A DNA stretch of 64,000 nt from positions 18,910,001 to 18,974,000 of the forward strand of contig NC_090342.1 of the NCBI RefSeq assembly GCF_035084215.1, given 5' to 3'. A program made the translations under genes and the position numbers. Source of the stretch: Heptranchias perlo (Eukaryota). The stretch's first letter is position 1, and every line of letters begins with the position of its first letter. This document shows positions 24,281-34,203 of the stretch, in pieces. The notes beneath the pieces are model-generated. The model saw only the letters and a program-made list of their open reading frames with translations, did not search any database and was not told the DNA's origin.

Positions 24281-24596
24281 GCGACCGAGTTCGAAGTGAC
24301 GTCAGGAATCAGATCGGGACGCGACACAGGGGAGGCACCTGATTGGTGAGTAGGTTCAGGTGAGTATTTCTACTTATCTACAGTAACTAAAGTAAAAGGA
24401 AAGGGAAGGTCTGCAGGTCTTATCGGAAGTAGCGTTTATTTTTTAGTGAATCAAGGTCCCTAGTGTAGTTAACATTCTCTAAATTGAGAACAATTTAAAG
24501 GAGTAAACTCCTTAAAGGGAGTGGTAAGTAGTTTTTCTTTCCTTTTTTTTTCTCTTGACATTGTAGTTGTTCTTAAGCTAATTTAAGGGTTAAGTC

Positions 24597-25544
24597 ATGG
24601 CAGGAGATCCCAGCGCCGTGTCATGTTCCTCTTGTGGGATGTGGGAATTCAGGGCTCCTTCCTGTATCCCTGATTCCTTCACCTGCGGGAAGTGTGTCCA
24701 GCTGCAGCTATTGTTTGACCGCTTGACGGCTCTGGAGCTGCGGATGGATTCCCTTTGGAGCATCCGCGATGCTGAGAAAGTCGTGGATAGCACGTTCAGT
24801 GAGTTGGTCACACCGCAGATAAAAATTACTGAGGGAGATAGTGAATGGGTGACCAACAGACAGAGGAAGAGTAGGAAGGCAGTGCAGGGGTCCCCTGCGG
24901 TCATCTCCCTCCAAAACAGGTATACCGTTTTGGATACTGTTGGGGGAGATGGCTCACCAGGGGAAGGTGGCAGTGGCCAGGTTCATGGCACCGTGGCTGG
25001 CTCTGCTGCACAGGAGGGCAGGAAAAAGAGTGGCAGAGCTATAGTGATAGGGGACTCGATTGTAAGGGGAATAGACAGGCGTTTCTGCGGACGCAACCGA
25101 GACTCCAGGATGGTATGTTGCCTCCCTGGTGCAAGGGTCAAGGATGTCTCGGAGCGGCTGCAGGACATTCTGGAGGGGGAGGGTGAACAGCCAGTTGTCG
25201 TGGTGCATATAGGCACCAACGATATAGGTAAAAAACAGGATGAGGTCCTACAAGCTGAATTTAGGGAGTTAGGAGTTAAACTAAAGAGTAGGACCTCAAA
25301 GGTAGTAATCTCAGGATTGCTACCAGTGCCACGGGTTAGTCAGAGTAGGAATGACAGGATAGCTAAGATGAATACGTGGCTTGAGAGATGGTGCAAGAGG
25401 GAGGGATTCAAATTCCTGGGCCATTGGAACCGGTTCTGGGGGAGGTGGGACCAGTACAAATTGGACGGTCTGCATCTGGGCAGGACTGGAACCAATGTCC
25501 TAGGGGGAGTGTTTGCCAGTGCTGTTGGGGAGGGTTTAAACTAA
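24597..25544 (+). CDS. CR1 ORF1 (zinc finger, coiled coil, SGNH/GDSL esterase-like domain), 315 aa
   Basis: CSSC...CGKC, heptad QLQLLFDRLTALELRMDSL, IVIGDSIVR, VVHIGTNDIG, DGLHL. Confidence 0.92.
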   Translation: MAGDPSAVSCSSCGMWEFRAPSCIPDSFTCGKCVQLQLLFDRLTALELRMDSLWSIRDAEKVVDSTFSELVTPQIKITEGDSEWVTNRQRKSRKAVQGSPAVISLQNRYTVLDTVGGDGSPGEGGSGQVHGTVAGSAAQEGRKKSGRAIVIGDSIVRGIDRRFCGRNRDSRMVCCLPGARVKDVSERLQDILEGEGEQPVVVVHIGTNDIGKKQDEVLQAEFRELGVKLKSRTSKVVISGLLPVPRVSQSRNDRIAKMNTWLERWCKREGFKFLGHWNRFWGRWDQYKLDGLHLGRTGTNVLGGVFASAVGEGLN

Positions 25545-28438
25545 TGTGGCAGGGGGATGGGAACCGATGCAGGAAGTCAGTGGGAAATAAAGTGGTGACA
25601 GAAACAAAAGGCAGTAAGGGAGAGTGTACAGAACATGACCGGACAGATGGTCTGAGAAAGCAGGGCAAAGACCAAGGGAAGTCTAGATTAAACTGCATTT
25701 ATTTCAATGCAAGAAGTCTGATGGGCAAGGCAGATGAACTCAGGGCATGGATGGGTACATGGGACTGGGATGTTATAGCTATTACTGAAACATGGCTACG
25801 GGAGGGGCAGGACTGGCAGCTCAATGTTCCAGGGTACAGATGCTATAGGAAAGATAGAGCAGGAGGTAAGAGAGGAGGGGGAGTTGCGTTCTTGATTAGG
25901 GAGAACATCACAGCAGTAGTGAGAGGGGATATATCCGAGGGTTCGCCCACTGAGTCTATATGGGTAGAACTGAAAAATAAGAAGGGAGAGATCACTTTGA
26001 TAGGATTGTACTACAGACCCCCAAATAGTCAACGGGAAATTGAGGAGCAAATATGTAAGGAGATTACAGACAGCTGCAAGAAAAATAGGGTGGTAATAGA
26101 AGGGGACTTTAACTTTCCCAACATTGACTGGGACAGCCATAGCATTAGGGGCTTGGATGGAGAGAAATTTGTTGAGTGTATTCAGGAGGAATTTCTCATT
26201 CAGTATGTGGATGGCCCGACTAGAGAGGGGGCAAAACTTGACCTCCTCTTGGGAAATAAGGAAGGGCAGGTGACAGAAGTGTTAGTGAGGGATCACTTTG
26301 GGACCAGTGATCATAATTCCATTAGTTTTAAGATAGCTATGGAGAAGGATAGGTCTGGCCCAAAAGTTAAAATTCTAAATTGGGGAAAGGCCAATTTTGA
26401 TGGTATTAGACAGGAACTTTCAGAAGTTGATTGGGAGAGTCTGTTGGCAGGCAAAGGGACGTCTGGTAAGTGGGAGGCTTTCAAAAGTGTGTTAACCAGG
26501 GTTCAGGGTAAGCACATTCCTTATAAAGTGAAGGGCAAGGCTGGTAGAAGTAGGGAACCTTGGATGACTCGGGAGATTGAGGCCCTAGTCAAAAAGAAGA
26601 AGGAGGCATATGACATGCATAGGCAGCTGGGATCAAGTGGATCCCTTGAAGAGTATAGAGATTGCCGGAGTAGAGTTAAGAGAGAAATCAGGAGGGCAAA
26701 AAGGGGATATGAGATTGCTTTGGCAGATCAGGCAAAGGTGAATCCAAAGAGCTTCTACAAATACATAAAGGGCAAAAGGGTAACTAGGGAGAGAGTAGGG
26801 CCTCTTAAGGATCAACAAGGTCATCTATGTGCGGAACCACAAGAGATGGGTGAGATCCTGAATGAATATTTCACATCGGTATTTACGGTTGAGAAAGGCA
26901 TGGATGTTAGGGAACTTGGGGAAATAAATAGTGATGTCTTGAGGAGTGTACATATTACAGAGAGGGAGGTGCTGGAAGTCTTAACGCGCATCAAGGTAGA
27001 TAAATCTCCGGGACCTGATGAAATGTATCCCAGGACGTTATGGGAGGTTAGGGAGGAAATTGCGGGTCCCCTAGCAGAGATATTTGAATCATCCACCGCT
27101 ACAGGTGAGGTGCCTGAAGATTGGAGGGTAGCAAATGTTGTGCCTTTGTTTAAGAAGGGCGGCAGGGAAAAGCCTGGGAACTACAGACCAGTGAGCCTGA
27201 CATCTGTAGTGGGTAAGTTGTTAGAGGGTATTCTGAGGGACAGGATCTACAGGCATTTGGAGAGGCAGGGACTAATTAGGAACAGTCAGCATGGTTTTGT
27301 GAGAGGAAAATCATGTCTCACGAATTTGATTGAGTTTTTTGAAGGGGTAACCAAGAAGATAGATGAGGGCTGTGCAGTAGACGTGGTCTACATGGACTTC
27401 AGCAAAGCATTTGACAAGGTACCGCATGGTAGGTTGTTACATAAGGTTAAATCTCATGGGATCCAAGGTGAGGTAGCCAATTGGATACAAAATTGGCTTG
27501 ACGACAGAAGACAGAGGGTGGTTGTCGAGGGTTGTTTTTCAAACTGGATGCCTGTGTCCAGCGATGTGCCTCAGGGATCGGTGCTTGGTCCGCTGTTATT
27601 TGTTATTTATATTAATGATTTGGATGAGAATTTAGGAGGCATGGTTAGTAAGTTTGCAGATGACACCAAGATTGGTGGCATTGTGGACAGTGAAGAAGGT
27701 TATCTCGGATTGCAACGGGATCTTGATAAATTGGGCCAGTGGGCCGATGAATGGCAGATGGAGTTTAATTTAGATAAATGTGAGGTGATGCATTTTGGTA
27801 GATCGAATCGGGCCAGGACCTACTCCGTTAATGGTAGGGCGTTGGGGAGAGTTATAGAACAAAGAGATCTAGGAGTACAGATTCATAGCTCCTTGAAAGT
27901 GGAGTCACAGGTGGATAGGGTGGTGAAGAAGGCATTCAGCATGCTTGGTTTCATTGGTCAGAACATTGAATGCAGGAGTTGGGATGTCTTGTTGAAGTTG
28001 TACAGGGCATTGGTGAGGCCACACTTGGAGTACTGTGTACAGTTCTGGTCACCCTATTATAGAAAGGATATTATTAAACTAGAAAGAGTGCAGAAAAGAT
28101 TTACTAGGATGCTACCGGGACTTGATGGTTTGACTTACAGGGAGAGGTTAGACAGACTGGGACTTTTTTCCCTGGAGAGTAGGAGGTTAAGGGGTGATCT
28201 TATAGAAGTCTATAAAATAATGAGGGGCATAGATAAGGTCGATAGTCAAAATCTTTTCCCAAAGGTAGGGGAGTCTATAACGAGGGGACATAGATTTAAG
28301 GTGAGAGGGGAGAGATACAAAAGGGTCCAGAGGGGCAATTTTTTCACTCAAAGGGTGGTGAGTGTCTGGAACGAGCTGCCAGAGGCAGTAGTAGAGGCGG
28401 GTACAATTTTGTCTTTTAAAAAGCATTTGGACAGTTAA
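25544..28438 (+). CDS. CR1 ORF2 (APE endonuclease + reverse transcriptase)
   Basis: YFNARSL, IAITETWL, GLYYRPP, GDFN, SDHN endonuclease motifs; YMDFSKAFDKV, VPQGSVLGP, KFADD RT motifs. Likely start is the ATG overlapping the ORF1 stop (the frame is open from 25388). Confidence 0.95.
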   Translation: MWQGDGNRCRKSVGNKVVTETKGSKGECTEHDRTDGLRKQGKDQGKSRLNCIYFNARSLMGKADELRAWMGTWDWDVIAITETWLREGQDWQLNVPGYRCYRKDRAGGKRGGGVAFLIRENITAVVRGDISEGSPTESIWVELKNKKGEITLIGLYYRPPNSQREIEEQICKEITDSCKKNRVVIEGDFNFPNIDWDSHSIRGLDGEKFVECIQEEFLIQYVDGPTREGAKLDLLLGNKEGQVTEVLVRDHFGTSDHNSISFKIAMEKDRSGPKVKILNWGKANFDGIRQELSEVDWESLLAGKGTSGKWEAFKSVLTRVQGKHIPYKVKGKAGRSREPWMTREIEALVKKKKEAYDMHRQLGSSGSLEEYRDCRSRVKREIRRAKRGYEIALADQAKVNPKSFYKYIKGKRVTRERVGPLKDQQGHLCAEPQEMGEILNEYFTSVFTVEKGMDVRELGEINSDVLRSVHITEREVLEVLTRIKVDKSPGPDEMYPRTLWEVREEIAGPLAEIFESSTATGEVPEDWRVANVVPLFKKGGREKPGNYRPVSLTSVVGKLLEGILRDRIYRHLERQGLIRNSQHGFVRGKSCLTNLIEFFEGVTKKIDEGCAVDVVYMDFSKAFDKVPHGRLLHKVKSHGIQGEVANWIQNWLDDRRQRVVVEGCFSNWMPVSSDVPQGSVLGPLLFVIYINDLDENLGGMVSKFADDTKIGGIVDSEEGYLGLQRDLDKLGQWADEWQMEFNLDKCEVMHFGRSNRARTYSVNGRALGRVIEQRDLGVQIHSSLKVESQVDRVVKKAFSMLGFIGQNIECRSWDVLLKLYRALVRPHLEYCVQFWSPYYRKDIIKLERVQKRFTRMLPGLDGLTYRERLDRLGLFSLESRRLRGDLIEVYKIMRGIDKVDSQNLFPKVGESITRGHRFKVRGERYKRVQRGNFFTQRVVSVWNELPEAVVEAGTILSFKKHLDS

Positions 28439-29159
28439 ATGGGTAAGATGGGTATCGAGGGATATGGGCCAAGTGCAGGCAATTGGGACTAGCTTAGTGG
28501 TATAAACTGGGCGACATGGACATGTTGGGCCGAAGGGCCTGTTTCCATGTTGTAACTTCTATGTATGATTCTATGAAATTCAAAAGTATGCCTCCACGTA
28601 ACGTAAAATACATATATCTGTATGTTATTTATTCCTATTAGGTCACATTTAAAATTAAATGCAAGCGCTGAAGTAGCTTGGATAGAAAATTATAAATTAA
28701 TGTGAAAATTGCCATTGACCTAGAGGACACGGGCAGTATGTATACTCGCAGCTGGTGCTAGCAGTGAAATAGACGCACAATTGAATAAAACTAGCGCATA
28801 ACATTTAAAACCAAAGCTTTAAAATCTGGGCGTAATGTCATGGCAATAATCTAATCTATTTTAAGATGAAGTTTATAAACCATTGAAGCTTTGATCGTTC
28901 AAGATGTCACCTGAATCCCTCCAGATTACTACTTTATAATCCCAAATAGCCATTATTGTCTATAAATTATCCCTGCTGTAAGAATACTACAGTTTTTTTC
29001 TTCTGGTATCAACAACGGGCACAAGTGTGTATGTAATTCACTAATGGGGATGTGAGGGAGGTAATGACAACCGGTGCAAGAATTGAATGGAACAAAGGAT
29101 AGAAGGAGGGAGAGCGAGAGTGAAACTATGTCGTAGTCATAGTAACCGCACACAACGCT

Positions 29160-29348
29160 CCATCTATCTCTGTGACGCATAAATCATAGGGATGTGCACC
29201 AATCGGAAGGGCAGAAGCCGCCGCCGTTGCCAGGAGGCTGCGAATGTTGCCTTTTTGGGAAGGGTGCGAGTTGCTCCGGGTCCCGTCTCCGGATACTGCA
29301 GCTTCCAGAGCTCAGCAGCGAAGGTCGAGAGTTTCATATATTGAGACC
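29160..29348 (+). promoter_or_regulatory. CpG-rich promoter and probable first exon of the unnamed CH/ankyrin gene
   Basis: Local CpG island with CCAAT (29199), CGGAAG (29204) and a GTTGCC half X-box (29226); donor acc|gtaaga at 29349, 2 kb upstream of the ATG-containing exon. Confidence 0.55.
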
Positions 29349-29649
29349 GTAAGAGTGCGACACGAACGTTAACTGACCGCTCCATCATCATACATGTTCT
29401 TTCAGTTGGTCATTAAAGGTCAATGCGATGTTTAAGTTGAATTACTGTCAAGGGAAATGATGAAAGATTTTGTTTTTGTGAAAAGAGAATAGGAAACATT
29501 GGGATGGAACATTCATAATTGGTAGGTAAGAGGCTCACTGTACAGGGAGCACTGAGCCCACGGGACTGCTCAAGGCATTGCGTACCCCGGTGGATCAGGA
29601 AGAAATAACCAAGATCTTGTTTGCAAGTAAGAAATTCCTCACAAAATAA

Positions 29650-30190
29650 TTACAGATGAGGATTGCCATTCGATTCATCTTAATACATCCATCCAGCGAC
29701 CTCCCTCCCATTGTAGCATCTAGTTGCATCTTAAATGATTCTGTTCTTTTTTTGAATACCCTATAAGATCACCTCTCAGATGCCTCCTTTCGGGCTGAAA
29801 AGCCAAAGCCTATCCAATCTTTCCTCATAACACAGACCCATGACACTAGGAATGGGTTGCATGGCTATTCTACGCACGCCTTCAGTATTTAAATGTCCCT
29901 CTTGTTTCTCGGTGACCAGAACTTGACACAATACTCCAGGTATGGTCTGGCCTGAGTACTATACTGTTTGATCATTACCTCCTCTGACTTATATTCTACT
30001 GTTTTGGCTATGTAACATACTATTAGCTTTGTTGATTGTTGCTCTGTATTGTTTGGACATGTTTAGTGTCAAGTCTAAGACTAGGTATCCTTCAGCTTCA
30101 TCCTTAGCTATTTCAAGACCATCCATGGAGTACACGTGTTGTCTATTTTTCCTTTCTATACACTCCTCTACATTAAATTTCATCCGTCAT
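29650..30190 (-). mobile_element. Old CR1 fragment
   Basis: MKFNVEEC...INKAN.ML and tggagtattgtgtcaagttctgg remnants. Confidence 0.65.
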
Positions 30191-31427
30191 TGTCCTTCCC
30201 GCTTGTAGGCTGGATCAGCATCTTTCTTTGCCAGGGGCTCAGATCAGACAGTGGGAGGGAAAACAGGAGGGACAGAGGTCTCGGGCAATGGATATTGTTG
30301 TCTGTGGAAGGTTGGCGTGTGATGGGGAACTATGACTTTCCCACTCAGTGGTTGCAGTTGGGATTTCTTCAGCAGTGAGGGCCTGGGATGAGTGAGTAGT
30401 GGGCCTGCAGGAATAGGGCACCTACCCTCTAGCACTTTCCTAGCTTTAGGTGCATTATTTGCTCTGATTGTTCCACAGGTACTTCAACCACATTTGGCAT
30501 GAGGATGTTGGGTTGCACTAAAGATGAGGAATGAGCCATTTGGCTACTAGAAGCAAAAGATAAGGAAGCAGAGGATAGATCCAAAGGAATGGCAAGGTTC
30601 CAGTGACCTCCAAGATGGGCTGGAAGTAAAGGCATAAACAAAGTATGCTCTGGGGCATGCTCTTTTGGTCACTGTTCCATTAATAATCATTTGTCAGGTT
30701 TGGAATTTGTGTACAATTAGATATATATGATGAAACATTTTGAACTGGCCCACTCTTCTGCTGCAGTTGGAAGTTCTGCTGGTCAGCCTTAGTGCCTTAA
30801 TCCAACAATCTCCTACGATTGAGTGGCCCAAGTCATGTTCCCAAGGTTTATGAAAGTTTCGAATGTCATCTGATAATATGGATAACAGTATCAAATAAAA
30901 TGAAGAGATGTTCCTGTGGGGGATTTATATGTTGTGTGAAGACAGTTCTAATCGGGTTGGTTTGTACTTGATTTTAGAAAGCACAGCAGGGTCCTGGAAA
31001 CAGCAAAAGATACCGTGTTTTGAGATCTTGAATTTGTCAGCAAGTTGCACGAAGGACATGCTTTGGACCTTGAGGAGCAGTTTTCTTATTTTGATGATTA
31101 TCAGTTGCAGTGACACCTCAGGAGAATTGCAGCTGCGCCATATTAGAAAGAGGGCTGATAAGTCCGTTGCCGTTTTCACTCCAGTGCATGCTTCCCTCCA
31201 GGCTACCAAGGTCTGTGATAATATCTAGTGTTGTGGTTACGGTCTATGGATTGGATTATCTGACCCTGCTGACCAAGGAGAATAGCTTGGTTACAGAGGG
31301 TGAACTTGGGAAGTGGGATGATAAATGGATAACATTTATTTCTTTATTTTTAAGTTAATTAATTTTTGCTTTTATTTGCAGATATTGGAGGCATTTCAGA
31401 CTAATGATTTGGAGAATATTTGATTAA

Positions 31428-31557
31428 ATGCCTCTACAGTCAAGAATAAGAGGCTACACAGCCTGGGCAAATGTGCGATGTTCATCATTTAACCAGCAGC
31501 TCAATAATGTGTTTACAGATCTATTCTCAGACACTCATTTGAAATCCTTGTTAGAAA
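31428..31557 (+). CDS. Unnamed CH-CH-ankyrin protein, coding exon 1 (exon starts at 31382)
   Basis: Acceptor tttatttgcag; MPLQSRIRGYTAWANVRCSSFNQQLNNVFTDLFSDTHLKSLLE resembles CH helix A and the DL.DG..L..LLE motif; donor a|gtaagc, phase 1. Confidence 0.75.
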
Positions 31558-31842
31558 GTAAGCTCAAATAAATCTACTTTAAAAAAAAACTCTGTAGCAT
31601 TTGACTGTAGGAGATGGTGGGTCCCTTGTTTTTCTATATATGCTGGGTTTATACCTTTCACTGGTCAAATATTTGTGTGGAAAATCTTAAGTACAACTCC
31701 GCAATGGTTTTTGCAAAGCTGTTAGAAACAATAACTATCAAATCAAATTTAATCAGCTACGTAACTGTGTCTAGTGTATAGATCACACCATCATGTAGGT
31801 TTTTGTGAGCAGTAAATTGGAATGGCAGGTTGCAGTGTAATT

Positions 31843-32230
31843 CATAGAGTCATAGAGTCATACGGCACGGATAGAGGCCCTTCGGCCCATCGTGTCCGCG
31901 CCGGCCATCAAGCCCTGTCTACTCTAATCCCATATTCCAGCATTTGGTCCGTAGCCTTGTATGCTATGGCATTTCAAGTGCTCATCCAAATGCTTCTTGA
32001 ATGTTGTGAGGGTTCCTGCCTCCAGAACCCTTTCAGGCAGTGAGTTCCAGACTCCAACCACCCTCTGGGTGAAAAAGTTCTTTCTCAAATCCCCTCTAAA
32101 CCTCCCGCCTTTTACCTTGAATCTATGCCCCCTTGTTATAGAACCCTCAACGAAGGGAAAAAGCTCCTTAGTATCCATCCTATCTGTGCCCCTCATAATT
32201 TTGTACACCTCATCATAATTTTGTACACAA
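31843..32230 (-). mobile_element. 5'-truncated CR1 3' end
   Basis: EVYKIMRG...KNFFTQRVVGVWNSLP...GYGPNAGIWD; (catagagt)n tail; tcataattttgtacac duplicated at the 5' junction. Confidence 0.88.
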
Positions 32231-32430
32231 TTCATAGAAATAACTTTGAAAAATAAAGATGGAGTCAGAATGTGCTGATAATTCCCACGGTTGCCTGAAT
32301 ATTGAACATATAGCATTTTATATAATTGTTCCTGGCACTTTTTTGTACAGAAGTACATAAAGAATATCTGAAGTACAGCAATAGAAGACATGACTTTTGT
32401 TTGTGTAATATTGTGACAAATACTCTAACA

Positions 32431-32492
32431 TTCGGTAAAGCCAACACAGCAGCTAAACAACGTTGTTTACTTGCTGCGTTGGCTTTACCGAA
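32431..32492. repeat. 62-bp loopless palindrome
   Basis: 31-bp arms, complementary at 28 of 31 positions. Confidence 0.9.
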
Positions 32493-32634
32493 GTAAGGAA
32501 ATATGTAATACTCCTGAAAGATCCATGTAATTGTTTTATATTTAATGAAAGCAAGCTTTTAAGCCGTATTTTCCATTTAACTGCTAATTACTGATTGAGA
32601 GTTACTGAAAATTTTCTCTGTGCTTCTTGGTTAG

Positions 32635-32804
32635 GTTTTACCGGACAGTCACCCAAGAATATGTACTGCATGGCTAGGCGACAGACATACCGGCAACTTA
32701 TTGCACAGTTTGAGTTGCTTTTAGTAGAATTGCGGACAGCTGGCATCATACCCGAGGACAGCGAAATTAACTGTGACATGATTGCCAAGAAAAATACTAA
32801 ATGT
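32635..32804 (+). CDS. Unnamed CH-CH-ankyrin protein, coding exon 2
   Basis: Phase 1 to 0; SFTGQSPKNMYCMARRQTYRQLIAQFELLLVELRTAGIIPEDSEINCDMIAKKNTKC; donor gtatgt. Confidence 0.75.
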
Positions 32805-33739
32805 GTATGTATAAGGGTCTCTTTCAACTTTACCTCTCTTGCTCGGATGACACTACATGAGGATTGTCTGAATAATTGATCTTTTGATAATTCTAATAAT
32901 CATATTATGTTACCTTTCAGTGCTGTTGGGTTGTTTAAAATAGTGCGTAATAAGCAAGTTATACCTGAGAGGGTTAATTGCGCAGCCTGTGCAATTCATA
33001 GTGATCGTGGATCAGGAAAGCGGGACTACAAACTCGGAAAAGTAGTAAACAGTGAGGATAGTAGCAGACTTCAAGAGGACATAGGCAGACTGGTGAAATG
33101 GGCAAGTTATAGCTGAGAGGGGTAATTGCGCATCCTGCGATCCCAGTGTAGGAGCTGAGTTCACAGGGATGGTGGATCAGGGAATCGGGATTACAATACT
33201 GCAGCTCTGTTCCCTGTGAGCGCGGCTCCCCTCTGGGGGTACGGGACCGTGGAATTACCCGTCAGATTTTCAATATCAATTTGATATCAGATTTGGGATT
33301 GGCTCTATAACCGTAGTGATCTCTGCGATTTGAACAGTGTGGGAGCAACTCAAAGCAATAGTTTGGCTTTGCACCACTTGCAGTATAATTGTGCAATGTA
33401 AAATTAAATTAAGTTTTAAAGTTTCAAAACTACCTTTGCTTTAAGGTTTTATGTTCCACTGGTTCTTTTCTAACAGTAAGAATTTCACTGGCATTGAGAT
33501 TCCATGATTGAGACGGTATATGTAAATGTAAATTGACGCAACTCTAACATTCCCTGACTGGAAAACAGTGCAAAGGCAGCTCACACCACTATTAGTTTGT
33601 AGCTTTATCACCCCATTTGCTTCCATGTGAAGCTGCTTCGAGTTGCATCAACTGGAAAGTCTTCGTATTCCTCAGAAGTTAGATCCATTCTGACTCTTGA
33701 GTGCACTGAAGCCAGGAGATGGAAGATTCCCTTCAGACC

Positions 33740-34100
33740 AGTCATTGTGTTCAAATCCCTCCATGGCCTTGCTTCTCCCTATCTCTGTAACCTCCTCCAG
33801 CCCTACAACACTCAAAGAACTCTATATTCCTCCAATTCTAGCCTCTTGTGCACCCTCAATTTCCTTTGCCCCACTATTGGTGGCGGTATCTTCAGCTGTC
33901 TAGGCACTAAGCTCTGGGATTCCCTCCCTAAACCTCTCTGCCTCTCTAACTCTCTTTCCTCTTTTAAGACGCTCATTAAAGCCTGCCTCTTTGACCAAGC
34001 TTTTGGTCAGCTGTCCTAATATTTCCTTGTGTGGCTCGGTGTCAAACTTTGACTGATAACACTCCTGTGAAGCATTTTAGGAGTTTTACTACATTAAAGC
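33740..34100 (+). mobile_element. L2-type LINE 3' fragment
   Basis: VFKSLHGLASPYLCNLL...LWDSLP...FKTLIK..LF and a ctacattaaag tail; similar copy at ~51215-52025. Confidence 0.75.
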
Positions 34101-34170
34101 TGGCACAGGCACGATGGGCCAAATGGCCTACTTCTGTTCTGTGAGATTGTATGATTATTTAAATGCAAAC

Positions 34171-34203
34171 TGTTGTTGTTGTTGTTGCTGCTGCTGCTGC
34201 TGC
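34171..34203 (+). repeat. Compound microsatellite (GTT)n(GCT)n
   Basis: tgttgttgttgttgttgctgctgctgctgctgc. Confidence 0.9.

Larger units (their letters stand above)
23841..28575 (+). mobile_element. Full-length, near-intact CR1 LINE
   Basis: 5' monomer array, ORF1, ORF2, 3' UTR ending cttctatgtatgattctatg; candidate TSD AAATT at 23836-23840 and 28576-28580. Confidence 0.95.

Noticed and set aside
25388-25543. ORF-track start of the 1016-aa ORF2 at 25388
   Set aside because: This stretch overlaps the conserved esterase end of ORF1 in another frame; the ATG at 25544 or a frameshift is the more plausible entry
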